The notes under the pieces: generated by a model
What the model saw: only the letters and a program-made list of their open reading frames with translations
Databases searched by the model: none
What the model was told of the DNA's origin: nothing
In this document: positions 25,401 through 40,400 of the stretch, piece after piece
Layout: each line of letters opens with the position of its first letter
Numbering within the stretch: position 1 is the stretch's first letter
From: Marsupella aquatica
Lineage: Eukaryota > Plantae > Marchantiophyta
Assembly: GCA_973895155.1 (NCBI GenBank)
Contig: OZ316891.1
Location: forward strand, 15,469,037 to 15,533,036
DNA: 64,000 nucleotides
Direction of reading: 5' to 3'
Made by a program: the position numbers and the translations under genes

Positions 25401-28400
25401 ACAATCCTCGCAAGCTACTGTAAGCCCCGACCAGTCAAGAAGCTGTTTCATCAACCCTGAACTTACTTTATATAAAATGAAGCCCGGCTACAGCCTTTTG
25501 AACCAGGATAGACTGTCACCACCGAGACAGACTCCGTAGTGAAAGAGTCCACCCTTCGGAGTTCCGACTCAAGCAGAATACACGGTGGACGATGACGATT
25601 TATAATGCACTCTGCTGTATATAATTGTGGAATGTGTTCAAGTAGCTGTTGGAAAATTCTACGCAGGGCTGCTTTCGAGTATAAGTTGGGCAGTAGATAC
25701 GAAGAGCCAATGGAAGTAGCTTTCACTTTGGTACGGGCTTTCCAATTTTCATTTAAACAATATATTCCTAAACGAAATTACTGCTCTTGTGGATGCACGC
25801 TGCTCTATTTTGCTTATTACCAGTGTTGATTTGATGGAACGAGATCAGCTACATTTTCGTGATGTATGTACGTTCCCAAATAAAACCCCTTCACATTTTA
25901 TCCAATGTATACATATTCAAATCTAGTTGCAACTGCTTGGAAGTCTTTGCAGTCAGTCAGAAGTATCTGTTTGTGTACCTGAAGGTCGTCCTTCCATTCC
26001 TGGAGTCCATATAACTTGGTGATCTCTATTTGGAAAAGATTGAAACTTGCCATGAACGTTGCAAGCCTGGTAAGGGACTGCCGGCCACTTCCACCAAGTC
26101 CCACCAACAAGGCATTTCCAAAAGGTTGTCTGATGATGCGGCTAATGCGAAGCACATGCTGTGCTGCATATGAAAAGAGGACAAGAGACATGACATTTCT
26201 CGTTTGAGCGTTGTATTCATTTAAAGCAGTATTCATCACATCAAGGAGTTTAACTGGATCGTCAATCTCCTCGTACCTGCAAACATCGAGGGTTCTGAAT
26301 GATAAGACAACAATCCAGCTTGCGAGACAAGAAACAGATAGAGCAATGCTTCTTGCTTGAGGTAACCCTACACTCCCACTTTACGCAGATTCAACTAATG
26401 CGGCTTTTACAAAATAATTGCAGGAAATTTTTCCGAAAGATCTAATGCGCACCCACATGGCAAGAAGCATGGAGAAAGCAAAGACAAAGAGGAAATGCAC
26501 AAGAAGCCTGTTGACGAAAATGTAGTAGTAATCGATCTCAAACGTGGGTAATGCATTCCATCCTCGCTTCACAAGGAGGAAATGTGACATCCATAACGCT
26601 ATCACTGCTCTGAAATGGGACATCTTTATGGAAGAGACCACGGTTTCAATTATGGAAACCTGGTAGAAATTATTGCTCTGAAGAGCGCACTATAAATTCG
26701 TTTAATCCTTCCTTATTATCAATCTTTTCAGAGCTAGCTATTCAGCCCCACCTTTTTGGAATGGCAGTAGCATCCATAATATCTCCGAAGTTCATCTCTT
26801 TCATGGCTTCAATGATGTTATTTCCCTCATTTGTAACTCCGAAAAGGTAGTCCAAGCTTAAGGTAAGGTCTCTTTCAACCTTTTTACTAAGAAAATTCAA
26901 GAACCATATCCTGTCTGCATCATTAATAAGCCTGTCATGAAAAACTCGCAGGCATTCATGGCACCACAAGCGTACCAATCCTTTTTTACCGACTGTCACT
27001 CCTATCATTGTAACTCCTTGAAAGATCTTAGATATGTCTCGCATGTTATATAGATAGTGAGACTTCGAGGGCGTTGGAAGTAATTCTTGCTGGATAGCTC
27101 TGTAAACATCGATTGTAGCCGCAACTAACAGACTTGAGACCGAGAGAACCTGGTCACATGCAGCAAGATCAGTCTGGACTTTTGATTCGAAAAGCGATAT
27201 CAGAAATTGAAGACTGAAGCTATTCTCAGTTAACTGCTCATCTCATTGTCAAGACATGATCATTGACTTAGAAGATGGTATAGACAATAGCCCTCCAGGC
27301 GAAGCTGTAATTATCCTAAAAGAAAGAAAGACTAAACTTCACTCAAGATGTGACTTTTACGAAGCTATCTGCCCTTATCACTTCGCAGACCTCTTAAGCG
27401 TTCCTTGTTAGAGCACACAAATTTCCAGACTTGGAAAACCCTCCAACTTTTGAGCTTAATCCGGCGTAAACGGGAGCTTGATGTTAAAAGTAGTGTTGCA
27501 GCTCTTGATTATATATACCAATTTAAACCTTAGCAGAACGTGATTTGCAACAAACACTCTTACCTCATGTGGCAGGTGGGCCTTTCTTATCCACCAGTCT
27601 ATGATCGTGTTAAACACAGTGCTCAGGCTCCCGTCATCAAAGTCCAGAATGGACAACACATTGTAATGTCGCATATACCTCGGAGTTACAGAATTTCGGC
27701 CACCCCCTGGCGGCCCCATTGCAGCAGCGAACTGTATATCAACAATTTGTCGAAAAGCAAGATCCTCTCTGTTGTACCTAGAAATAATGCACACAAACTC
27801 CATTTTGTCAAATTCTTTGCTTTAACCTTGAGGTGCCCTTTAACAAGACATGAGGAAATATGAAAGCCAAACGAGGTAAAATTTAGACTTTAGGAGAAGC
27901 CAATCGAGAGCTTGACATCTCAACGTTATCTATCATGCCCAGTTATTATCTTGCAGTGAAATAACACTTATGAGCTCGGTAGAAATGCTGAATACCATCC
28001 ACCGTGATCCATCCACTGGCGCAAAATTTCGATCGGAGGTTGAGCACCGTAGACTTCAAGAGACGGCATATTCAAGTCATCCACAAAGATGACACACTTG
28101 CATCCTTTTGGAGGACCGAAAATTCCCTTCTTTCTCTTATCAAGCTTGCCATCGATAATGTCCTAACCAAATCCAACGATCAACAGTAATTTTAACTGTC
28201 CTCCAGCAGTCAGCACGAGAGTTATTCGTTGAAGATGCATGCTAGACTATTTTAAAATTTTTTTTTTAATTAAATTTTTTTAAGGGGAAATCTGTGAAAC
28301 CCTGCAGAAAGGGAACAGTCAGTCACAACATTTTAACATTTGACCTATGAGTCTCAACTCAAGTGAGCTACCACACATCCATACCTCTCTGGGCTCATAG

Positions 28401-31400
28401 ACTCAATTTTAAGCATGATCATTACGTAAAAGGACTGGTATACCGTATGCTTACGATGCATTGAGCTGGACCATGCAGTTGTTGGACCAGTTCTTAAGAC
28501 GAGTTTGTCCGAGTTCTAAATGCATTAATTGCATAGACCCTCTCTGACAACGTCTGGCATCTGGTATTTTAATCTAAAATGAAGACTGATGTTATTCAGG
28601 TGTCAAGGATAGATGATACTTTATGATATGTTAGCTGCGTCAAGATTTCTTTAACACTTCCTTGTGTCTCAGGATCCTAATGCTCACCATACCTGTGTTT
28701 GATTTGCATTCGTCTGCGCTGAAAAAGTCATTAAAATGTTGCGAAACAGTTCCTTATCAAGCGTGTGACTGAGTTCATACTTAATGTAGACGGTCTTCCC
28801 TGCACACGCATTGTCGTGAAATCATAAATGTTTCCACTTGAAACTTCGAATGTAACTCACAGTTGTTTATGTTACGTTACTTGATAGGAAGCTGACAGTT
28901 ATCTCTAAATACTCACATAATTGGAACGTTCTTTCCGCATAGTTACTGGCCGCATAATAGCTCAACAGACAAGGTCAGCTGGACGTTATAATGCAAAAAG
29001 AGCCGCTGCCTGCCAGCCTAACTAGGACATCTGTACACCACTCTGCACATGCTCTTGTGATCTTTCTTCCTGAATATTCAAAGAATGCAACTGAGATCAC
29101 TACAACATGGCTCGCTAACCACCGTAAAGAAGAGAGACAAGAATACACGATCTACACCAGCCTTACGTTAAAATGCCCACGATCAAAACTTTGGATGCAT
29201 CTAACAAAAACTGTGAGGTTGGAAGGCTACAGTGAGAATTCTTCTAGTTTCACAGTTGCCCTGCAGGAGCAAAACTCTGGAAATATTAAGAAGGACACAC
29301 GTCTAGTATGGCGATTGAAGAGTGTACTATTTTTCAGCCTCTCTGTTCTAAGAAGGCTGGCCGGTTTCTATGGATGTCAACAGCAACAGTAACTCTGCTT
29401 GAGATGCTGGCCACGACAGACTTAGTGATTTGCAAAGATAAGTTAGATGAATGCAAGCTCTGGTTTCAAGGGTGTCGCGCACAATGATAGTAGAGATGGC
29501 TGCAGAGTTGCTTGTACTAAAGTGGCTGGAAATGGCCTGCGGTTGGACATCTGCATCTGGGCCAACCCCTTTGCGAGTAAAAGATATCGTTTCAAAGAAA
29601 CAGAGACTCAAATGCCCGCTGGGAGCTTTCAGAAAATGCAAACCTGTGCCGGTTGGTCCACCAAACAGCACGTGTTTCTTATGAAGGACAAGGAGGACAA
29701 ACAAATAGGAGTAGCGCGCGGTATCAACAGTTGGCACAATTATGTCATTGTATCCAATGTCTGGTGGTGGGGGCCTATTGTTCACGGTCATGATCCACTC
29801 TTTCCAAGCCATTTCTACTTTCCAGAAAGCGTAGTCATAGACGGAGCCAGTATCCGGATATGGTAAGGACAGCTTGAAATCTGGTTTCTCAACCACCAAC
29901 CCTGCAGATAGTTCAACTCCAAGATCATCATCCTTATCAAGTAATCTACGGAGAAACTCGTTGAATCTCACTCTCCCATCTTGGTCGACAGTTGCTCCGA
30001 CAGACCAGACTAGAGACATGCAAAACAAACACTGAATCCAAACGGTGAGGTCATCGCCCTTCGGGACTTTAATCAAGTCTTGCTCTTGATCGATAAGTGA
30101 AGGTCTCCGCACTTTTTCAACCCGGGCCGCCTTGAACTCGTCCAACTGACTCTCAAACATGTTCAAGAAGCTGTTCACCAGGTTTATTGGGGAGGTTGCG
30201 ATAAGCTCTTTACAGTGCTTTCGTACAAAGTCAACACAGGGGTCCACCAACCACTTGAGCATTGCCTTTATCATGGGGAATGCCTCCTGAATTCCTAGGT
30301 AGTTATCTACCAACTTCTTTTCCCAGGATGTGATTAATGGCCAGAATCCAATTGTGCTAGGTTCGACATAAACCATGCCACAGCGACTGACTGTTGCCGG
30401 TGAAGCCACTGCCAGATCTTGCACCTCAAAAATAAGATTCATTACAGACGTCATTTGTATGATCTCACCGCTCATCAAACACAGCTTCTTGTTGTCGTCA
30501 AGAACAGTATTCATGTTTTCAATCCAAACCTGCACAAAACATATTTCAGCTAATTATTTACATCTCTGGTGGAAAGGACACTGAAAGACAATAATCATAT
30601 TTTCTTCATGTTTTGTTATAGCCTCCCAAAAGGTGACTCTATAGTAGAAACAGTACAGGTTACCACTTCACTGTTCTCAACGAAGTGAATAAGGGGATCA
30701 TACTGCATCCACTGGACCATCAAATATGATCCATTTGCGGTCAGGTGTGGCGTCCACTGCAGCATCTCTGAAAATCTTTGCGAGTACGCCATCGGTCCAC
30801 TCATGAGACACAGGATCAAACTGCCCATACAGCTGTCCGATGTAGATTGACTTGGGATTCAGCACAAAGTACCTCGTAGTCAACTCCAAATTTTGTGCTT
30901 GAAGATCTGACAAAGCAGCCGCAAGAACCCTGTAGCTCTCTGTTTTTGCTCCATACGAATAACCCACCAGCATAAGTCCATGTCGGACTAGAATCATTTC
31001 ATAAAGTTGAAATATCTGCACCCGCAGGTCCTCGTATTAGTGGCCTCACAGTCCAAACAGAACATCTCAGAAAGTGACATCGCTGTTACGTAGATGGAGA
31101 TACTTTCAGAAATGTGGATCCCTACTTTTTGTCAATTTCTCCTGTACATTCGTTGTATAGGTTGAGGATGACTAAGTTCATTTTTTCTGTTTTCAATCTC
31201 GAAAAAAATTGGAATTCAAAGATCACATGCTTCGTATAAAGCTAAAGGCCTAAAACTAAGGATTAGATATCGAGACTGTCTTTGAAGAATAAAGCCTGAA
31301 TATCCTGCAACGAAAAATTCCAGATTTAAGCAAATGATTCAGAATGTCCTCAAAAGCAATTCTAATTGTGGAAATGAGCTTTCTCCGCTGCTATGGCATT

Positions 31401-34400
31401 GTACCTTTTCTACAAAAACCGAAGTAGATTGAAGGTTGAACTTCACACAATTGGCTTCAACCGCAATTCTTAGCTTGTCGTAATCTGGAGGAGGCAGTGT
31501 TACCCCTGGGAACAAGTCCTTCAAGATTCCTTCAAACAGAGGAATGTCATGGGCAAGAAACTTTGGTAGATTCACATCCTTTAACGATCTCAGCATGAGC
31601 ACGTCTTCTCTTTCTTCTGGGTATTTCTGCTTAACTGCACCTGCTGCTCGGAGAACGGAGATAACAGCTCGCATACCGTAATCGTAGTGATTTTGGCTAG
31701 AAAGCTGCTCACTGTGCAGAACAAGTCGATGCATAGCTCAGAATACAAATATTTACTATGGATAGACGGAAGTAAGGATGAACATCATGGAAGAACTACA
31801 TGTGAATTCAAGTGCAAGCATCTTCAAATCATAGTCTTAAGGACGGACGGACCAACTGGAAGTTCACGAGGAACAAGATAGGCCACGCTACAGTCCAAAC
31901 CAAAGTGGTCAAACTAGAAGCTATATTCTCAACGCCATTGAGGCAATTGGGCAAACTTGACGGATGTCCTTAAAGATTTTTCCTCAGAGATCCATTATAA
32001 CTGTAGATAGTCAGCTGGGGACCGACGATAGTAATGTGGACAGACCTGCACAATCGATAAGTCGCGACAAGTTTTCTTCCCAGTTCACGAGCTTCGAGGT
32101 ACCCAAATGAGTAAAGTGTAATTTCGGATATCAACGCATAATCAGGAACCATCATGGCAACCGTACGGAACAACGCCTTCAAATTATCAGGTAGTTCTGA
32201 TCGGCCAGCATAACCAGGGTTCATAGTAATGAAGACACTGCAACTAGGTTTCAGTGTTAGTCTGGTACCCTCAAAATCAAATGATTTAAGCATAGCAGCC
32301 TTTGCTCGCTGAATGGTAAGAATCTGCTGTGCGATAACACTCAGCACCTGCATTCGAAAGACAGTGCGAGTCTGGGTCAAAAGTTACACCTCTTCCAAGA
32401 GTTGGTGAGTTCGAATTGGCAGAACGAATTTCCGTAGAGACCTGAAACTAATGGAAGGGTTGTAAGCTTAAGTTTAACAGAGTGTACCACGCGACTATTT
32501 TATGGACTTCTATGGAAAAATGTGCCCTTCAGTGTGACTTCAAGAAGAAACAACGGCGCGAGATTTATAGCTGCCTCATTGCAACAATGTAGCCCAAGGA
32601 TATAACATCAGGATGCAATTGAGTACGACATCATCGTGGCTATAAGCTGGGGAGTAGAAACCGGAGACTTTGGAAAATACTAGGCCGCTTTTCATGTCCA
32701 CAACACCTCTCTCTAATTTGCAGAAAAGCATCGAAATACCTCTAGGTCGATTCGATTGAATTCATCAAAACAAGACCAAGCTCCTGAGCTGGCCAAGCCC
32801 TTGAAAAACTTGCCCATCGCAAGATAATCTAGACCGTCAGAGCAGTTGAAAACCACACACTGCATTGCGATCGCTTTCGCCAGATCCTTTGTTGTCTCGG
32901 TCTTTCCAGTTCCTGTGACACGTAACTATTATATTATGCAAGGACTTCATTCTGCTCGACCTTCCACGCCTGTTCTCGTGAATGTGCATGAAACTAGAAT
33001 AGGAATTAAATATCTTTAGAATCATCAAGTTGTCTCTAACAAGGGTTGATTTCTTAGACGGCATTAGTCTACTAAGGGTTCAAGGTGAACAAGCTTGAGT
33101 GCGAAATTTAAGTGACTTGCATTGAATGGAAAGTCCACGGAACCCAAATTCGGAGCGGATAATGAGTGTCGCCTGTGTGCAGATTTAACAAGAAAGTATC
33201 TAGCTGATTCACTAGCGTTAGAACCTCGGGTAAGTCAAGTAACCACCACACTTGTTCAGGATGGAGAATCGTCAAATGTAACAAGCGTGACATTGTATGA
33301 AAGAGAGATAACATCCTCATGAATTCGTTGCTACCTACAGCTCCTAAGTTCATAGACCAGGGCATGGAAATTTATGCGAGCCCTATGCCCGAGCTTTGCA
33401 CGGTGCAATGAGGGCTGGCCCGTAGGGCCGGGGGGCTGAGAGGCAAGAGAGGGCAAGTGGTAATCGAATCGAATGGATACAAAAATACTCTAAAATAAAA
33501 ATAGATACAAAAATACTCTAAAATAAAAATACTTTAAAATATTTAATGGTTATTTTAACGGACAGATTTGATTCCAGTCAATTCTGTATTTCATAGAGGG
33601 ACGAAAGACGAAAAAAGACGGGATCACTTATTATAGTTGTAGATTTCAAGAAACATAGGTTGTCAGATACTGAGTAATTGTTCGTTGTGAACTGCAAAAC
33701 GAATAATTTTCCGAACTGTCACCATGCAAGCGGAGGAACAATTGAACACGCGGAAGCTATGAAATTCGTACCAGCAGGTCCTTCGGGAGCTCCACCAAGG
33801 TTCAGATGAAGAGCACCCATGAGCGTTCGATAGCAACGGTCTGTTAAGGGGGTGATGACCAAGCGTGGGCTGTTCCCCAAGTATTCAAAAGCATACAATA
33901 ATGCCGCATTTATCATACGAACCAAGACAACATCGTCCTCAAATGTATACCTGCAACATTAAGTTCAATCTAGATCAATTCTCGTACATTACCATGATGG
34001 CTATCAGTCAAAAAATGCTGACTGAAGGAGGTTGTCACAATAACAGGGAAACAGCCGAGGGCACGGAACAGAATAGTTGTCCCCATAAATACCAGTACTA
34101 TGAGATCTTAAAACTAAAAGGCCGTGGACTAATTATTCTGATGGGAAATTTGACGCAAGATACAAAAAGTATTCAAACAATTATTCTGTCATTGAATTTC
34201 CTATTTAAAAAATTAAATCTGACTCCATCGGTGTAATGTATTAAATCTTGCAAAGTACTCAGTTTCCCTACATTATAACACCAAAGCAGATACAAGCCAT
34301 TTTTCATCTTGAGTCAACCTTAGCTGGCAGATCCAACTAAATTCTGTCTCATCTCTTAAGTCTTCATCTGCCAGTTCCTTCACCACATCCCGTGCGTGGA

Positions 34401-37400
34401 CATCTAGTGTTATCAGGGCTCCAATGGTCTTCCTCTCAAGTTTTGTCAGCTTTCCACGAACCTGGGAGACGAGCAGCTCTAAGCATTTGTGTCCGAAATC
34501 ACAGTTAAGTCCAGCGAACTATCCATTTTATGATACATTTCAAGCTTCATTCGGATCTATAGACTTGATCTAGTGTAGCTCCGAGGCCAGACATGTTCAA
34601 GATTCGGATGAAACAATTCTTCTGAGATGTAAATTTTATAACACTCTCATCCAATAATGCCATAAACTTTACAGCAAGGTACCTTTTCCACTATTCCTTG
34701 AAGCTGATGGGTGCACTTGTCCTCATAGTCTTTCAGAGTGCCATTGCGAATGCTCTCAGCAACCTCTGCAGTCCAGTACATTTGCGAGACACAGATAGCA
34801 ATCTGTCCTGGCCAGTGAAGAAGCCATTCCTCTCGCTTACTCCCCGCATATGCTTTGAAAGCACGAGTCAACACATAACGTAAGCTTGTTTTCATAGTCT
34901 GCTCCACCTGCCACCGTCCATAGAATCGGTCAACCCTAAACCCTAAGCCCTAAACATCGGTCAAATCGTTGTATTCTAGACATTAGCCAATAGCTTGGCT
35001 TAGTGCAAGTCCTTCAAGTGGCTCCAAGTGTAATTCAAGTTATGAAGGCTTCCATGTAAGTTTTAACCAGGAGTAGGCCATAGGCAATTGCAAAAACTGC
35101 GACAGGTGAAGGATTCTGTATATCTGAGAATAAATTGAGGATAATTTTTCTAGTCAGCTTGGTAAAGCCAGAAATTCCACGGGTTTCTTCAGGCCGGTCA
35201 TGTAATTATGCCCATCTGGATCTGATGCTTAGCTGAAACCCTAAGTCGACCATCGTCTGGTAAAGAAAGACTCGCAGATCAAGTTGCCCCAGAAAATAAG
35301 GAAAATAGGATCATCCTCCATATAGTTGTTTTCACACGGCTCGGTTCTATACAAATGATGATATAAAGTTTACCCAACCGATTCCTACTTGCGAGTGCTT
35401 TTCAAAGTTGACTGGACTCGTCCTTACAAGGAACGGTAGAAACTTATTCTAAGACCTAACGTCCCAGTGACATAGAAAATAACAAACCTGAGTAAACCAC
35501 TTCTCAACTGCTCCTTGAGCAGCTTTTGGGTTAATAATCATATCGAATTCAACTCGTTCTCCCTCTTCACTCATCATCGCAACAATAAACAGATTTTTTG
35601 TGAACTCAATCAGGTGAATGCCTTCAAAGATTTTCTTGAGGAAAGGCTGAACTCTTAGAGGATCCTTCGTCTCGGCCAATATTTCTAATAGCTCGTCATT
35701 AGATAAGAAATAAAACCTGGGTCATAGGCCAACACGAGTATGATCAGTGTGACTAACCGATGTACAACTGTTTAAAAACAAATTGTAGCCTCACAATAGT
35801 TTACTTAGGGAAACAATCATCCTCTTTCTGATATTTGAAACGAAGACCCACTGTCTTGCAGCTGCATCTTCACTGATTTACATTTGGGTTGGCGAGTAGA
35901 GAGGAGAGGCAGACGGAAAACAGGATATTACAATTGGGCTGCAGGTGATGAACTGGGTTTCTTCTATGAGAAATGGAAAAACAACTATGATTTGCTTGAC
36001 TCAAATTGATGCAATTGTGCCATCTATAAAGGGCCTTCTCAGTTGATCAGCAGAAATACCTAGGGAAAGCGAGCCGCTTGGTCTCCAGGTAGTCATTCAA
36101 GCCAGCTTGAATTATCTCAAGATCCTTATTATTTTGCTGAAGCTCCAAATACGTCTCTTCATCACTCGCAGCTGAAAGTGCATCTGGATTCATTGCCACT
36201 TTCTTCATAATACCTCGCCATACTGTATCAACTTGCTTAAACCGACGCCCCTCAGTAGGCATCTGCTGCATGATATCTTCAGAGGTAAATATAGCCTCCA
36301 GGTATGTCCATTGTATCTGACACTGCAGCCACTCGTCTATGATCTGCAAGTTGGTTGGTCCGAACCAATCAACTTAGCAGCATTCTTTCGATCAAATGAC
36401 GGGACACTTATTTACACGCACAAGAATGACATTATCCAGACACAACCGCATACCATACGAAGTTCAACTGTACCTTTTTCATTAATGTCAATTTTCCGAG
36501 CCAAACCTTCACACGATCTTCAAATGGTGCGACATAAGGCGATGCTTGCATTGATTGCGTTTTCATGAGTTGGTCATCAAGCTGAGTTTGAATGTCATCC
36601 ATGGCACATAGAATGTTTGTCCCTGTTTCCTTCCATGTTTTATACTCAAAGGTCACTCCCATCCACTCTTGCTGCATTTTGTCGAGTGACCTCTCAAGAG
36701 CATATTCCTTTGCTGCAATCTCGCTTATCTGCCAGTGCATATTGGCAGCATGTACTTAAGTCGTAGATAAACAAGCAGTAGAGAATAACAATTACTTTCG
36801 TTCTTTCAAAGGTCCGTCTTTCTAGTTTCAGCTTTTCCAAACAGATTCTTGGCGGCACGGGCTGACTACCGTAGCCAGTGCTGCTGGTAGAACTAAGAAG
36901 AAGAGGCTTGACATAAATCAATGTACAAGGCATCTTGACATCCAAGGAGACTAATGATGCTACATTGGCGGTACAGTTACTAATCTTCTTAGATCAGGAA
37001 AATGATTCACCAATGATTTTCAAGTACATGACTTGGAAATAAAGAGCCTCTAACAATCAAATGGTTTCTAGAAGAATTGTCTTTTTCTGATGAAAAGGAG
37101 GCAGAAGATGGAATACTTGATCTTCTTACAAAATACTCCGAGAAAATGTAAGAATTTCAATAGGGCAGCTAATTTGGGTCAGTTATTGTCCATTTCATCG
37201 TCTGTAATGAAACTCCCTTTCAAAGGTGGATGAAATACAATTTCTGCCTGCCCTCTTAAAACATAAGCACAGTGCAAGGAAAATATTAGTCAGTCAGAAC
37301 CGACCTCTTCGCATTGTGGAGTGTAACGGATCATATTGAATCGTTGGTTGAGCTGCCTTGTTGTTAAATTGGGCGAAACCACGAAGTCCAACATTTCACA

Positions 37401-40400
37401 AAGCTTTTTCCAATGACGATCCTGCATTCCTGGAGCTCGGAGAGCAGCAACAAAGGGTACATTCACCTGCATATGGAACCGTTTACTCAGTTTGGGAGAG
37501 ACGAAAGCTCTAGTAGAGTCCCAATAATGGCAAGGGTCATTTTATTTGTTTGACGAAGAAAACTTCTTCTGTAAATCTGACAAACAACCACGGCATGAGA
37601 AGAGGAGAACTCATTTCGACTGAAACAAAACCTTAACGTTTTCTCAGCTGCGAAGGGTTTGGGCATTGAGGAAGACTCCAGCACATGATACCTTTCACCT
37701 GAATTATGGAACGAGTTTACGCGAGCAACTACAGAGAACCTACTCACGCAAACTGATTACCACCATGGCACCGCAGCCCAAATCTGAATAACATGAGGGA
37801 TTGTTAATACGGATTCACCTGGAAGGCTTCAATTCTTCTCTTGAGCTCCTCCGCAACGATCTTAGGCTCAACATTAGTCAGCATCTTTGCAGATTTAGCC
37901 GCTGCACGAAACCATTTATCCATGTTTTGAACCATCTGCTCACCGTCGATTTCTTGAAATGGTCCATCCATCCAAAGAGGGTGTGCACGAAGGAAATCAT
38001 GGCATGTATGCCAAAGCATTCCGTAAAGTTCGAATTCCCTCTCCAGTTGCTCGACCTGGGTATATTCAATAACAAAAAGTCCCAGGATCTGCAGGCCACC
38101 AGACCGTCCGCATCCAAGTGAAAAGTTGCATTGCAGGAGCGCGGGGCCCAGCAATGAGCCCGTGTCAAATCCAAATTGTAAAAGCTAGTGATGGATCTTC
38201 GGTAATCATTTTCTGAATCATGAACCCAAAATTAGAAACAGGGAATTACCTCTTCTCTAGTGTTGTAGAGGTCGGCCAACTCAAGGTATTTCTTGAGCTT
38301 GTCCTCAATCTCTTGACAGAAGACGAACCTCTCCTCCCATGTCTCGATTTGACCCAGCAACTTAAACTCTTTTATTGTCTCATCCAGTGCCTTAACATCC
38401 TTCATCAGCTGCTTTGAGTGGAAAGTGTGCTCAGCCGCGTAATTTACCTACAAACGACCAATCCGCCTCACGACAGCTTTAGGCAGTCATTCAGTCAGAA
38501 GATTTATGGGTCGGCAATCGGCACAAGAACTGGAGGTGGAAAGAAGGACCACCCCCAGTCACTACCTGCGGGGAACTTGTTCTTATGTTTTTCAGATCCT
38601 AAGCGCAGCTGGCATCGTTTTTAAAAACCAACTAAGTCGGCCTGGACGAAGCTCTGGAAAAGGCACAAAGAATTTGTATGGATGTGAAAGACGTATAAAC
38701 TGAAGCAGAGTAGAGGGAGTGCAAACCTTCAATCTAGCAATTTTCTGTTCAACTTCGTTAACTTCGTCGTCAATTCTCTTGGGCCAAGCTACTGTTTGCC
38801 AGAATAGGAAGCTGTCCGTCTCTGGCACTTGAAAACTTGCTTTTTCCAACACTTCCCAGACCTGGTTCAGTACGCATGTAACAAAGTTTAAGCACGGACA
38901 GGTACTCCACGACAAAGCAAAGGCTCAGTCGTACGCTGCCAGAAGCAAGGCTTGCGCGATCTTTGCCAGCTGACGAATGAACAATTGGCTGACTGAACTT
39001 TCATCATGCTAGACGAGTCGTCCTCTCCGAAGTCTACCGCCCTGCAGAGGAAACATCCTGTTTGCAGCTGCCTGGACCATTACGAGAATGCACCATCATG
39101 CTCAGCACAGGACTGGATAGTTCCTCCCATACAACACAGGATGGCCTGCTATACCTTCACTAAAGCATCTTGAAAGACGGCCAGACCTGCATAGATTGCT
39201 TGACGTCCTCTCTTCGCTGGGGCAAATCAAACTTGATTTCCGCAAGATATTTGAGCATCATATCGAGGTCTTCCGCGTTGTTAATAGGGCTGCACCATCC
39301 ATTCTAGAGAAATTTCTTGAGTGAACAAAGATGTGCACCATATTTCTTTCAAGAATTGACAACATTAGAGCTACAGGGAAGGCACAAAGAATTCAGTAAA
39401 ACTCGCCTAATGTGAAGCTACAAATGAAAGCGACGATCTCTGCGAAGGGAGTTTATACGTGTGGAGAGTGTTCCCTTCTAGAAACCTTTTGAATGTGTAC
39501 CTCCGAGCAAGTGATTTGGACTTTCGTAGCTGTGTGTGAGGATCCCTTCCGAACGTCGTCTACTAAGGGAGATCTCTGTACTTGAGGACGACTACGGAGG
39601 AAGCGAGCTTAACGAAGTACCTTAGTACACGAGTTTCCATCGTAGAATATTTCCAGCCAAGAATTTTGTTCTTTGCTGACGTGTCATTCATAATCTGATG
39701 GCAAAGACTCCTGCCCAAGTGCCTTGCTTTTTTAGCAAGAGTATCACGAGCTCGACCACAATCCACTAAAAACATGCTTGCCGCTGTTTCTCTATCAGAA
39801 CGCTGCTTTACATGGGTGGCAACCTGCCATCAAGCCCCGAGTCAAATCCTTAGAGGGAGGTGGATAGCACATCAAAACATTGAAAATTTAGAAATTCAGT
39901 GTCCTGCGGAACAGTTTTCTTAGCAGAAGTCGGCCGAGAGACCTTCTTTAAACTGCCTGTAAAGACTAGCTCATCTAGATTATGGTGATCATGCCCTCTA
40001 GGAGTAGAAGTCAGCCCACCTCTAGAAATCGGAGAATCTCGTTTTCGTAATCGTCCAGAGAGTGATTAGCTATTTTCCAAGCCTCCAAAAACTCACTCTC
40101 TTGAATTTTCAAAAGGTCTTGGAAGACATTATACATTTCCATCAACTTCCTTGGCAGCACAAAGTTAAGCTCCAAAATTTCCTGTGACCAAGGAAAAGTG
40201 TTCCGAAAGTAGGCGTCAGTGGGAGGTTAATTCTCCATTAACTACGAATCTTCATCTCGCCATAGTGCTCCTTCAACTTGTTCTGGGGATTGTGAGCCAC
40301 AAAAAATATACAAACGTATACTTAAGATGTGGAGCGTTTTGACAATTACGAGAATGATTGAGAAATTAGTGCGATCACACCACCTCTGCATCTTCTCGTG

